Origin: Massalongia carnosa
Lineage: Eukaryota
Direction of reading: 5' to 3'
Assembly: GCA_965645245.1 (NCBI GenBank)
Contig: OZ287067.1
Coordinates: forward strand, 1,302,001-1,366,000
DNA: 64,000 nt
In this document: positions 28,710 to 42,200 of the stretch, in pieces
Layout of the letters: each line of letters begins with the position of its first letter
Position numbering within the stretch: the stretch's first letter is position 1
Program-made: the position numbers and the translations under genes
The notes under the pieces: model-generated
Databases searched by the model: none
What the model was told of the DNA's origin: nothing
The model's input: only the letters and a program-made list of their open reading frames with translations

Positions 28710-29841
28710 ATGACGACTGGTGAGTAGGCGTAAAATATCTCTATGGTACATTGGCTAATATTCACAGCTCATAGACCAACTTTCGACCCGGTAAGTCTTA
28801 GAGAAAGAAAGATATCGCAGAGAGCTACCGGTCAGTCTAATCTTCCCAGGCTCGCGGAAAAGATGCCCAACGAGGAGTCGCATATCATCAACGCCTTCTT
28901 CCAGCATACACTCAGCTAAAAACCAGGTGCGTTGATGAAAGCTTCTATTTCGGGCTTGTGGCTGATAAATAAATAGAAAGTCCGGTCAAGGTGGGGCCGC
29001 AGACCCTCCGGTCCGGGACTTGAGAGCACAACTGCTTGAAGCGGAAGCTGCGCATTACTCTAGAACAAGTGGATTATCCTCCGGAAAAGAAACAGCACCT
29101 ACGATAGAGTCGGCTTCAATCAAGCGTCAACTCGAAGCAAGCCCAGGGCAAGATGGTGAGGCTGAAAAGGAATTCGAGGCAAAGCGACGCAGGGTCTTAG
29201 AAGAGACTAGAGATATTGATGCAGACTCAGATGGCTCAAAAAGCGAGAGCAGCGATGAGGATAGGTGGGCCATGCAAAAGCCCAAGACTGTTCTCAGCTG
29301 ACTGATCGGTTCTCAGTGGTGAGGAAGACGAAACAGCGGAGCTCTTGAGAGAGCTTGAAAAAATAAAACGAGAGAGAGCTGAGCAGAAAGCACAAGAGGT
29401 AGGCCGTAACCCTCGGACACATGGGCATTCACCGAGAGGATCATATAGGAACGCGAGAAAGCCGAGGTGGAACAAGAAAAGCGAGAACACGATATCGCTC
29501 TTGGCAACCCATTGCTCAATCCAACCAAAGACGTTGAGTCTAAGCGGAGGCATGTCTTGTGGCATCATAACCTAGTATTACTCTGCTAACATTTCGATTA
29601 GGTGGGACGATGATGTTGTGTTCAGAAATCAGGCACGAGGCACAGAGAACAAAGGCAAAAAGGAATTTGTTAATGTACAGTTTCAAGCTCGTCCTACTTG
29701 CACTCCATCAGTCCTAATAGTCTGGTATAGGATCTTCTACGCTCAGACTTCCATAAGCGGTTTATGGTCAGTATTCACATTGCGCCGAAGATCGAAGGTA
29801 TATCACCGCTAATCAAGATCTAGAGCAAATATGTCCGCTGA
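28710..29841 (+). CDS. CWC15: Pre-mRNA splicing factor Cwc15 (8 introns)
   Basis: MTTAHRPTFDPARGK, ELLRELEKIKRER, KRRWDDDVVFRNQARG, FVNDLLRSDFHKRFMSKYVR after splicing. Confidence 0.93.
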
Positions 29842-30674
29842 TCCTTGCCTCGCGGTCAATTCACCCCGTTTTGGTGCCTCATAGTCTCGGACACCAGGGG
29901 CGGTGGCTTTGTGGGAAGTATGCTACTCTTGCGCTGGCAGTTGAATTTTGCCTGCAAGCACGCAACGCTGAAGTCGCGCACATGATCTTGCAGATGCGAC
30001 TTGCCTATCCTGCAAAAGGCCTCATTCAGCCAGTATACACCCCACCACTGTTGAGGCACGATCATACCACATGCAGGGCTTGTGTCTTGATTTCCTGATG
30101 TTGAGCCCTTCGGTTCAGCTGGGCACGACGCATTTAGAGTGCATTGGGTCAAAAGCTTGGCAGCCAATTAGCTTGGATACGAGAACGCTTGTTTACACGC
30201 GGCTTCGGAGACCTTTTACTCGACAGGTTTCAAGGAAAGTGAGGGGAGCTAAAGTTACCAGATAACAGCAGCTGATGTGTGCATGTATTTACTCAACCAG
30301 GGCAAGCCACCAAAGGTACACGTTTTGGAAGCCTGTGCGATTGTCGTGTCTCTAGTGCGGGGTACCAACCATGTCGCGATTGTGGAGGGGTAAGTCCAGA
30401 TCGTTGCCTGGTGCTTTGTACTCCGTTCTCGTACATGGCAAGAGCGAGCGGAGTTGCAAAGCATAACCCTTGATCCCTTGATCCCTTGTACTCGTAACCC
30501 TAAGTATCTTAATTTCTCGCTTCCTCCAAACTCTCGGTATATAACCTTCTTCTCCTGCTTTTCTTCTCATTGTCATTCAATCCACCTCATCTTCTTGTTC
30601 TTCTCACAGCAATTCAAAAAAATCTTATTTCGTCTACCCCTGACCTCTCCGAATCACCTGTCAACACAAGAACC

Positions 30675-31884
30675 ATGTCTAATTACGACGACAACAACAC
30701 CGTAAGTTCTGCCTTACTCATTACTCTACGAAGCTTACCTATATTTTCCGTAGAGCCGTGGCTCTGGAGGCTACGGTGATGATAATACCTCTGGAGGAGG
30801 ATATGGTAACGACAAATCCTCGAGTGGAGGCTACGGTGTAAGCTGTTGAAACCTACACTGCCATGTGTTTGTTAGCTTGAGCTTACACGTTGAAAAGGGA
30901 AACACTGGCTCAGGACCTGCTGGCGGGGGTTACAATGTATGAGTCTAATGCTTCTTGATTGATGGACCAATTCCTAATAGGTTACTTTTTCTACCGGATA
31001 GAGCAAGAGAGGTGATGATGATAACCTGGGGGTGTGTGCTACGAAGTTTGCAAAGCTCTATACAAATTGACTAATACTATGTACAGTCTTCTGGGCGTGG
31101 CGGTGATGATTACGGAGTAAGTACTGAAATATTCATTCCATTATTTGCAACTGGACTTTTAACAGGCCGTAGTCTTCTGGACGTGGGGGTCTAGGCTCTG
31201 GTAGCTCGGATAACTATGGCGTATGTCGTTGCTAAGCAGCCTTTTATTTGGGTTCCCCTTAACGACTTCTAGTCTGGAACCAAAACTCGCGGCAGCGGCG
31301 ACGACAGTTACGGCTCTGGTAATACTGGCAGTGACAGCTATGGCTCCAAAAACACGGTCAGTGATAGCTACGGTTCTGGAAATACCGGCAGTGGTAGCTA
31401 TGGATCCAAGAACACCGGCAATGACAGCTACGGCTCAGGCAATACTGGCAGTGATAGCTATGGTTCCAAGAACACCGGCAATGACAGCTACGGCTCAGGC
31501 AATACTGGCAGTGATAGCTATGGTTCCAAGAACACCGGCAATGACAGTTACGGCTCAGGCAATACTGGTAGTGATAGCTATGGTTCCAAGAACACCGGCA
31601 GCGACACCTACGGCTCAGGCAATACCGGCCGTGGTACAGGGGATGACAGCTATGGATCTGGGGGCCAGTCTGGTAGCGGCTATGGCGACAACAACAGTAT
31701 GTGATTACCCGGCTATTACTAGTCCCCAACAAGCAGAAGTGGAAATTACTTTACTGATAATTGTTATTATGCAGCATCTACCAAAGATAAGGTCATGAAT
31801 ACAGTGGGCGGTCTTTTCGGTAAGGATAAGAAAGATCAATCATCTTCAGGAGGCTATGAAGACAACAGCCGTAGCAGTTACTAG
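30675..31884 (+). CDS. Gly/Ser/Asn/Asp/Tyr-rich intrinsically disordered repeat protein (hydrophilin-like), 8 coding exons
   Basis: Seven GT-AG introns join exons into one frame: MSNYDDNNT...(DSYGSGNTGS DSYGSKNTGN)n...STKDKVMNTVGGLFGKDKK...SSY*. Confidence 0.8.
31303..31630 (+). repeat. Coding tandem repeat, 60-bp unit made of two 30-bp halves, about 5 copies
   Basis: GACAGCTACGGCTCAGGCAATACTGGCAGTGATAGCTATGGTTCCAAGAACACCGGCAAT repeated. Confidence 0.92.
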
Positions 31885-33141
31885 GAATTTGGCAACCTAC
31901 GGGTCTCAACGCCTTGGCTCTCAAGAGAGAATACGATGAAGCTTTAGATGATCCTTTTTGTGCTTTTCATTGCAGTGTTCTAGCTCTAATGCAACAACAA
32001 GATGTGCATAAGCAAGAAACAAACCTGATATAAATATGTATTGACGTTTATTTGGTTGTAGAATGAGGGCTTGTACCCTATATATGAAAGGTAGAAGACT
32101 AACCCGCAACGAAGCAGTAACCCTACTGAGGTAAAAACCCTCCTATTGGCCAAGTTGATGAGCTAACTCAATAGAGCGGACTAAGAACTCTTAAATCCAA
32201 ACGCATGTTGTGGCGTTGGAACACCTAACCAGGGTTTCTGCTTCGACATGAACTCTAGCCCTAAATAACCTAACTCGTAATTCTCCGTAAGTGGTGTAGG
32301 GGGCTCAGTTATATATCCCATCTCTCTCGACCTAGCTACCTAAGCAACAACCCCCCCCCCCCTATCTCCTCACCCCTCATAATTTGTATTCCCGTTTCCG
32401 TTTTCATGGCAGCAGTAGCAACAGCAACAGCACCGGCTTAAGGAGGCGGGGAACCCCTCATCGATTGACCTACTCGGATAGCTGGATGATTAAAAGTGGG
32501 TAGGTGGGATGGGTAGGTTGAACCGGAGGGGTTGGGTGGGTTGAACGGGTAGGTTAGTTGGATTGATGGATGGGTAGGTTGGAGGTCGAGTTGGAGGATG
32601 TGGGTTGGAGAGTAAGGAGGAGGATGCCGATACCGAGGAAGAAAAAGGGAGACACGGATAAAGAAGTAGAAGTGTACGATGAAAGGATACATACCGTTCC
32701 GTACACATATCGGGACATAGCATAGTTCTGTATAACATATCAATCTCTATACCCTCCCTTTCGCCCGGGTTCGTTCGTCACTTGTTCAGCCCTCTCTACT
32801 CATCCATCTTCGTCGGGCTTTCTAAACCGACAGACACAGACTAGCTGGCTGGCTGGGCTGAGTATGACCGACCTTCAACACTTACGTCGTAGAACTAGGG
32901 TAGGCTGTGCCGTCCCGCTCACTATTGGCTGCCCTTGATTTTTTCATTCACATTTAAGTGGAAATCCAATAACTACCTTAAGGGCGGTTGGGGGTATTCG
33001 GACATGGCCTTGAGATGGTCTCAAGATATTATTCACTAGAACGTACTTGTCATAGTCTATCTACTAAGTGACTACGTCAGTCAAGAAAGCAAACAGTGTT
33101 CAGATATTTTATTTTAAAGACAATCTCATGACTTTGTCATA

Positions 33142-33783
33142 CCACCACAGAACGCATCAAGGAACGCTGGGACTCCAAATGGAAGACGTACCAGAACCGC
33201 ATTCCCCGCCCGACAGAGGCACAGTTGGGATCTCTCAGTAGGACGAGACTGAAGATTCACAACAACCTGATGAAAGCGGAAAGCGCGCTAACCACGCAAA
33301 TCCGCACCGAAAAAATAGTCTTGGCAAACTTCCTGTTCAATCGTCGGGTACCGGGCGTTATGACCCCGGCCTGCTCGTGCGGATGGCAGAAGCAGACAGC
33401 CAAACACATTATTCTACATTGCAGGCTAATCGACGGCAGATACGAAGTGCTAAAACAAATAGGCACCAACGACTATCGAACGATCATGAGCTCGTCGAAA
33501 ATGTTGAAAAAACTAACCACATGGATAATAAAAGCAAATTTGCTGACCCAATTTTCACTAGCATCGCAACTGTTATACGAGTGATAACTCTCATTTTGTC
33601 AAGGATTTCACAGAACATCGAGCGAAGAATGCAGTCCAGCAACGGAACACGTTTGGGATAATGGCGCAGTCTACATGGTTTTTATCCCTTTAAAAGGTTT
33701 TCCCTGTAAGAATAAGTAGATAGCCTGCATGGGCCGGCCTTCGGCCGGTGTCAGATCGGTACAAGAATCAATCATCATCATCA
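33142..33783 (+). mobile_element. 5'-truncated non-LTR retrotransposon (Tad1-like LINE 3' end) inserted in the large transposon
   Basis: ORF2 C-terminal zinc knuckle QIRTEKI...CSCG...QTAKHIILHC, (ATC)n tail, 16-bp TSD TCATGACTTTGTCATA at 33126-41 and 33784-99. Confidence 0.9.
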
Positions 33784-34107
33784 TCATGACTTTGTCATAA
33801 CTAAAATATCTTATAACGTGGAACGCATGTTTCTAACAACAGAATCTCAAGACGATCATGGTTTGAAGATTTTCATCAGACTAGCTCAAGATTCTTCTGA
33901 GTCAGGAGTGCTTTAAACAGGGTGACAGGGTAATATTTGGTCGACATGATCTCAAGTTTTTATTTGTGTTAGAGCCGAGTGCAAATAAAACATTTTCTGC
34001 GATCAAGCTATCAGCTATCTGGAACAAACCTGAGGCTAAATGTGGCTGCACCAACAACTCTAAGTACAAAAACATCTTTTCTTCATACTAGTACAAAAAG
34101 CAAATAT

Positions 34108-34945
34108 TCAGGAACTAAAACCGTCCTCATCTTCGTCCTCGGCCTCGGTGACCTTCATTTCATCCATGATAGCGCTAAATTCCTCCATCTTTGGATTATT
34201 CGACGATTCCTTTCTTAGGCATTTTGCCCGAGCTGGTTTCAATTTGAAATGATGTGGCTTAATGTTTGATATTTTGCCATTTGAGGAAATGTATCGTAAA
34301 ACTCTAAAAGAGAGGTTCGATATGTGCCTTCGGCTCTGGGTGCGTCTAAGTACACTTTCGGCTTGACAGCGAGATTTAAAGAATATACTTGTTTCATATC
34401 AATATGTAAATTCCATCAGTTCTCGTATGCCTTGTCACTTACCTTTAATCCAATAGGGCCCTCGAGGCATTGCACCCTTCTTTGAAGACTCGTGGAACAT
34501 CAGAGTCATGCTCGGATTCCAGCAGCCCTAGGTTGTCTCTCATGATAGCAGACTGTATGTAGTCCTAAAAACAGTTAGAAGTCGAGTATAAACGCTAATA
34601 GCAAGCTACATACTTTCATACACTCTAGAGAGCGATGTTTCCACGTTGAAACATTGGATTGCGCCTTGGTGATTCCCTTCCTGAAATATATGTCTTCCTC
34701 ATCTACGTCTTCTCTTATTGCATTTCGAACGATGTGCGCTATTTGATCTGCGTCCAGCTTGCCATAACGCAGCGCAAATGGCCGCAAAGAAGCCTCCATT
34801 CGCATGGCTATTACTTTCCATTCGGAGGTAATGGCTTGTCTTCTCCGCGTCTTTTTGGTTGATATTTCTGCCGCTATTGATCTAATTGTGTTTCGGCTTG
34901 CGTTAAAGGTTCAAGGACCTCTTCATTTGACGGTGATACGTTCAT
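34108..34945 (-). pseudogene. Spliced cargo gene of unknown function, divergent from the transposase, disrupted
   Basis: Coding-like exons (MRMEASLRPFALRYG...; C-terminus EEFSAIMDEMKVTEAEDEDEDGFSS*), GT-AG introns near 34553-34612 and 34380-34442, premature stops in the 5' part. Confidence 0.5.
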
Positions 34946-35119
34946 AATTGTATTTGTGATATCAGCATTAATGATAGTGCAATCGGAAGAAAGCGCGAAG
35001 CAGTAAAGACGAATGCTAATGTTCTGAAATAGTGTGCTAAAGCCCTAAGAATTAAAATAGCAACGCACAAGTGATTCTTCATGAGAATAACTCACCTGCG
35101 CACAGAATTAAACTCATTT

Positions 35120-38100
35120 ATGAGACAAGATGCCTCGTTGCGTATATCAGGATGATGCGACGGAGAATATGATGCTCGACGAAGGTCATGTTTTGAGAAA
35201 GAGAAGAAAGCATAAACCATCGACACTGCTTCAACCGTTCCAGCAGTAAGTCTTCTTCATATCAGTCTGAATAAACCCGACCTTGATGATTTCAGTTTTC
35301 AGGGTCCTCGTCTTGAGGAAAAGGCATTGATTGTTCCAGCATCCACTGTTCAGAGCAGTGTCCCACGGGCCAACCCACTGCCTTCCAAAAGTCAACCGAT
35401 AGACTCCCCTGGCCATGGGTCTACGCAAGCCGGTTCTTCATATCAACACAATTCTGTACATATTCATGAGAAGCAAAAGCAGACCCAGAGTTCAGAACGA
35501 ATGACAATGGCGCATAAGAAGCGAACCATAGAGAATCTCAATAAAACCCAACCATCGTCTAACCAAGTTCCTGAACAACACGTTCAAGACAATTTGCCAG
35601 CCGATATAGAGACGGTCTTCGATAAAAATAGTGATTATGAGCGGGAAACTGATGAAGAGTTTCAAAACGTTCATACTCGGCCTGCTTTAATAGCTGATAC
35701 ATCGGCCTTTACTGTCAGCTTAATTTCTTCAAATGCTATCATGAAATTGCCATCCAATCAGCTCGCGGACTTTGATATAGAAAGCACAGACACCGCTGAG
35801 TCTTTCAACGAGTTTGCCCCTTCTGCTCCTGAAAGCACGATTGATGATGAGATCCGGGTGCCCTCCCGCCCAGTACGAGGAGAAATATCGGATTTCTGCC
35901 TGGCTCTCGGTCTCTGGTGTGATAAAGAAGGCATCAAGCGACGCACCTATGATGGCCTGCTCGAAGTTTTGCAATTGCTAGACACTCATGAAGTGCGAAA
36001 TTTGCCAAAGCGACTATCAACTTTGCACTCCTGGTGCCGTAAGCGCCTTCCTCTTCCATCCATTCAGAAGGCAGCGGTATCAGTACGACGAGAAAAACAA
36101 CCCACCGGAACACCAAGACCGGCTCAAGCCAACGTCTATTACTTCGATGCTCGAACTATTATCAGTATCTTACTTTCACCCACAACTCAACGAAACATTC
36201 ATATCGGTATGGCAGAGATCGTTGATAGTCCTTCGGAATACTGGCATTCAAACAGTTGGGGTTCTTCTATTCGTACATGTTCCACTGATTTTGCGAGATT
36301 TCCCGATTCATCTCCTATTTTTCCCTCTGACATTGTGTAGTATCGCTGTGGCAATGAAAAATGTGGGATTATTCATGATAGTCACTGCGGACAGTTCATT
36401 TTTTTTGGACGTGATCGAAGATCGCGATCTTTGACCCTAGGTCAAACTCTTGTCAGGATTCGTCCTTTGATAAGTAGAAAGAACGTCAACGAATATCCAG
36501 TTCCAGTCACGTTTGACTGGCCCGAAGATCAGTTGCTTTTGATAGAAGACGCGGATCAAGATGTCTTATCCGAGCATGTTCTAGCTCGCCGTTTCGATGT
36601 TGCAATTTGTAGGAATGATCAAGTACGGTCTACAACGCCTGTCTTAATTCGTCAGATACTCAACGTCACGCGATGAGATCTTAGATCAATCAATCTTTCA
36701 TCCCCGATTCGAACGGAATTAGAATTAGAAGTCTTTGGTCGAGAGTACCTAATCTCACAGCTAATTAAAGGAGTTCAATCATATCCCCTTGTCATTTTCA
36801 TCGACGATTTCGGGTTATATCGAAACATGTATCGTTCCATCACTGGTGTCCATGCCATGCCAGCAGGCTTGCCCGCCTCGGAACGTCAAAAGAGTTTTAA
36901 TGCTTACACCATTGCTCTTGGCCCGCACGGATCCGAGTTTAACGATGTGATGAACTGTCTTCAAACCAGTTTGGGAAACATGGATCGTGGTTGCATTCTT
37001 GAAATCAATGGACAGAAACAAGCGGCTTGGGCCCCGATTCTAGCATATCTTGATGATATGAAGCAGCAGCAAGCCTCCGGAGGGTTTCTTGGGCCACGTG
37101 CCAACTATTGTTATCGCTTTTGTGATGCGGGCCTCCATAATCGAGGAGATTTGCAGCGGGACATTCTACTTCATAGTCGTTATCATCATGAGGTGTTGGC
37201 TATACGAAAAAAAAGCCTAGCAATAAAAGGAAAGACAAAGAGACTGGCATATCTTACACGAAATGGGCTCAAACCCGAATCTTCTGCGCTTCAGACATTA
37301 ACGCCGGCGCTTGATCTTATCATGAGTTATCCACCGGATCCGGCTCATAGCGAGTATTATGGACTGGTACGAAGATTGTACCCTCTTCTTTACACGAAAA
37401 TACTCACGAAACGGGCTGCTGAAGAGTTTACAGCTGCCTTGCACTGTTTTCCGTTTCCCACCTGGCTGGGGCCGAATACAGTCTCCGGCTATTCATATGG
37501 CCTCGTGGAGTATGAGCGAATGCGCTCGTGCCTCAGTCGTAATACCTCTACTTCTTCGCTGTTGGTTAAGAAACCATCATGTATGACAGCCTTTTCGAAA
37601 TGGATTGAAAGTTCAGTTTCCTAAAGAACGTCGCCATTGCGCTTCAGATGAAGATTTGATAGTGTTTTGCTTTGGGAGACTCGCATGGAGTAACACGTTA
37701 ATCTCGTCTTTCGAATTATCCCTCAAAGATCGTCAAGAATTTCACAGTCAAATCGTCAATGCTCGACAATGTTTTCTAGGTTTGATGAATGCAGCACAAA
37801 ATCCAAAACGACGAGGAAAAAAGAAAGACAACGAGAAAAGTGAGTCTGTCACTGAAGAGTTATCTTCCTGTTGTAGACGAGCATCTATTTCTGAAACATT
37901 CATAAACTCCCTTATTGGTGATACGGAAACTCCATTTGAAGAGACGTCCGTTGATAATCTTGTGTCAGATCCCGACATGAGACTTTCTGCATCAGTGACT
38001 ACTCGGAATGGCGAGGCCGATAAGCTGCCAAACTTTCATATCGGTATGCATTTCGAAAGAGTCATGCAGGAGTATGGTGTTTTCTGGAACGTTAATGTTC

Positions 38101-38951
38101 TCTTGGGAGAAGACAAACATCGCTTTTTAAAGAAAGCCGTATTGTCAACAAATCATCGAAAGCCAGAGCGACAGCTTTTAGTGAAAGCCGCTATCCTCTT
38201 CACTGTCGTCGCTCTATTGAATGGCTCATTTCGTCATACCGATCCGGAGATCACTCTGCAAATGATTCGTTTGAAGCGGAACTGCCCAGCTCTTCTTGAA
38301 AATCTATTATTCCACGGGGATCGCTCACAAACAGACGATCAGGAGTCGACAAATAATTGTCTATTAGAATCTCACTCATATCTAAAAACTACAGTGCGGG
38401 GAAAGCTCAAACTTTCCTATGTACAAAATCAAGTTCTTCCTACCAGAATAACCAACTCCACAGAGCTCCGATTTAGGCAACTGATGCAGACTGCTATGAC
38501 CGGGTATGGCCTTAATGGCGTTCAATGGGGAAACAAGCCTTTGTACTGGTATGAACAATGCCCCTTTACTGTCAGGTCAACCGGCAAACGTTTCTCATTG
38601 CATATTGGCGACTTTCTTCGACTCCGCTCTGGCACATATGCTCAGCTTCGACAAATTTATACTCACTGTCTACCATTTGAGAATATTCAGCGATTATTCC
38701 TTTGGATTCGACCGCTAAAGACCGCTTCCTATAAAGACGAGGTCCTAAATTTGAGCATCTTTCAACTGACAGACACGGATAGAGTGATCCCGTTATTCTT
38801 TGTTGATCCAGATAAGATCTACATTGTTCCTGTTAATCGTACGCTCAATGAGCCAGTATCCTCACATGTCGTGTCGACAATAAGTTCAAACAGTAACAAA
38901 GAATCAGATATGGATTTGTTACACTGTACATGGAGAGTCAACTTTTTGTAA
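35120..38951 (+). pseudogene. Large DDE transposase, CMC (CACTA/Mirage/Chapaev)/Plavaka-like, inactivated
   Basis: Motifs FIDDFGLYRN, YLDDMKQQ followed by CYRFC, PPDPAHSEYYG, KLPNFHIGMHF, NVLLGEDKHR; in-frame stops at 36338, 36674, 37584 and a frameshift near 37459; start approximate. Confidence 0.75.
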
Positions 38952-39253
38952 AAAAAATCGTCATAACGACTGAACTGATATTGTGTGAATTTAGGACAAC
39001 ACTTTCGCTAGCCCCAAAGATCAACGTTGATCTTCATTTCACTTCATCTATCCTCTTTCATCTTTACCTTCCTTCCCATCCGTCATTGATTTGTTCTTTC
39101 AATCCTGTTGCTCATTCCTTCTCCATCTGAGTACTACTATCGATCTCTTCTCGATCATCATTTCTTAAACTGGAATGATCGCCTGACTTGATTTTGAGAT
39201 ACAACCTCATCTCACATTACTATCACAGGTTTCAGCCTCTACTTATCCACATC

Positions 39254-42200
39254 ATGGAAGAAAATGTTTATTTCTTATGATATCTTCATCTAAAGCTTTT
39301 AACTTACCTTTTTTTCAGACGATCCTGATCACGCCTAGAAAAACGAGGAGAGCAGTAAAGAAGGATATAGATAAGAAGATGACGAATGAGAACTTGGACA
39401 CTCATGCCAAGTTTTTCAAGAATGAACCAAAGACAGCCGCTTATTTATGATACAGCGATGTCGCCGAATATAGAAAGTTTCGGTTCAGTAATGTTGTACT
39501 GGAATAGTATATTCCATACCATCAAAACTGTCAACAGAGAAGTGTCAAAACTCCTCTGGCGCTTCTTCGAGATCTTCCTGACCTGTCAGATGCTTTTTCC
39601 AGCTGACTTAGGTCAGCTTCTTTCAAAATATCCCATTACAAATCAGGATGATAGGGCCAACAGGCGTCAAAACAATGATAGCAGAGACTATCTATATGCC
39701 GCCATACTTTTTCGGCTCGCAGAAGCCATTGATGAAGTCTCATCCACTAGATCTTATGATGTTGAAAGACACAGAGCGGCTTCAAACCGATCTGAACAAA
39801 TTCTAAGTTCGAATATACCGAATATCAAGATTCCCGCATACAATGACACTGTCATACAGTATCCCAAACTGGGTCCCTTGCAAAAGTTCAAAGAAGACGA
39901 GTTAGAAAGGTATAGCCGGACCAACTCGATTTTAAAGTCTTTACAATGTGTCCTCGCGCCAACAAAGTGGAGGAAACATTCGTCAAGGCAAAAAGCTCAC
40001 CATACGCATCCACTTTGATCTCTGCTGACATGATACCCTCTTGGATGCGGCCTGAGGAGTCGCAAGATGATCTTTCTATTACTATTGCTTCTGTCGAGCC
40101 AACCGAATTGATACGAAAATCTTTCATATTGTATCTGGATCGTCATCAGAAGACCGAATTCAGTTCAAAGCTTGACAAGCATGTTCAGGAGTTTATCGTG
40201 TTCAATGGTTTACGCCTTCCTGAGAGCAATGTGCAAGTAGAGCGAGATCCACGTGCATATCCAACTGGTGAGATGTGGCAAGATACTCTGCGCCGACAGC
40301 TCCACTTTGAACAACTTTGTGTAGACTTCTTGACAATGAGTCTTAGTGTAAGAAATACAGACATACCGATACGAGAGTTGTTGATCTACGACCTAAATCA
40401 CCTCTCTACTGCAGCTTCCTGGTCGGAGGTCCTGGAATTTCTTGCCAAAAAGGATGTGGACGAGTTCATATTCTCTTATACTCTGCATGTCATTGAGGAG
40501 CATGAAGACTTTGACTATGAGCATGACGGACCACTCTTGGCAATTCTGAAAGACATTTAGGTGACGGAAGACAACGATGTAGCTGTGAGATCTGTGGTCA
40601 ATCTAGTGAGCACGCAATCTATTGATGAAGCTTTCGAGAAGATATCACAAACGTCACAAGCGCTCGAGGACACTATGCCAATGCAAAATGACTCATAAAA
40701 CATGGACTCTAGCTTAATGAAAGAACCCTATTCGCGGTCTTTGCAGGATAAACTGCAGCAATTTTTATCTAGTGATTCCACGATTGCGCGGAAAAAAGCC
40801 ATTCCGCAGTCATATTTTGACTCAAAAGCAACACTCGGAAATGCTTCTATACCATGAAAACTTCGATGTTTTTACCGAAGAAGGTCTGCTACGCTGGCAA
40901 CATCATGTACTGGACAAAGTCTGCGGTCAGATGCGCAAGGCTTTGAAGGATAATAGTATCTTGAAGCTCAGTAGAAAGGTACGAGAAGAGCTACAACAAG
41001 CTCAAACTGATAGCGAGACCGCACTTCTCTCAGCTGAGGTATTTATTCAATCTCATATCAGTTTGAAGTTGACTCTAACATGTCTTGAAAAGCCCGTTTC
41101 CGTTCATGATCTCAAACGATTTTTGACATTCAAAACGCTTTTACAGGCAGCGCATCACAGACCGGTCCACCTATTGCTATCTGCAAGATAATACTCGGCA
41201 TGAAGTTCATTTTCAAGCACGGTCAAGCACAGCTGCTTGACAGAAGCGTTTGTACCCTCATCGGAGATTGCAAAGTCGATCCTTTTCGTCAGAGGTGCAG
41301 AACCTGCTTGTCGACTTATTGAATGAGTCGAATAAATACGTCAAAGAGGCACACGAGAGTCAGAGAGGACACGAGATTCTGAAGGAAACGAATTTTCTTC
41401 CCACAGAGGGCTCAAATAACCCGATGAATGTCGAGTTTGACGAGGAGACCGGCGGTAGATTAGCTATCACGGTGCAAGATTCAATGGACATTGATCTCGA
41501 AATACAGTCACGAATCCTGCACCCCGAAAACGTTAGAGACCTGATAGATTCGCGGATACAATGCTGCAAGATGATTTTTATCAAGAGTATGTTCAAGGTA
41601 AGCGCCGTAAGTTGAAGGGCAAAGCATCCATGGACGAAGATGTGGATGAAGAAATTTCAGATCGGTTTGAGGAAGACTCATCATTTAAGGCCAGTGAGAA
41701 CGAAGAGGAGAACTATGACGAAGAATCCGACGTGACATCGGATGATAGTGATGATGCTTTTCAAAGTGATGAAGACGGAGATGAGATAACTGCCTTGAAA
41801 GATATTGTTTTGGAGACGATAACGACCAAGAAGTTGAGACAAAATTACAGCAAACTAACTTCAATCGAGCAGGAGCAATACAATCAAGATAAAATGAACT
41901 TGCAATACTTGTTGAGCTTGTTATCGACAAGAATCTACACTGTCGAGGATTTAAACGACGTTGAAATACTTGATCGAGCGTTGAGGCTACTCTTTCATGC
42001 TCGGTTTGGTCAAGATCAGCAATATATGAGGATTAGTCCTCACGTCACTTACGATAAATTACCAAGCAAAGTGTCGAATGCTATCAAAGCTAAATTGCAG
42101 GTGGAAGAACAACATGTCAAGCAATGTTTGAGCATACTCAATGCTGCTGGAGTTTTGTGAGAGTTCTTCCCATTCTGCTGGCATTGATGATGCAACTACA

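Noticed and set aside
31303..31630. Repeat array as a CRISPR-like locus
   Set aside because: No unique spacers; it is a coding tandem repeat in a eukaryotic gene
31223..31798. Track ORFs with hydrophobic (VIAMVPRTPAM) or Cys/His-rich repeats
   Set aside because: Alternative frames of the 60-bp repeat; splice sites support the DSYGS frame
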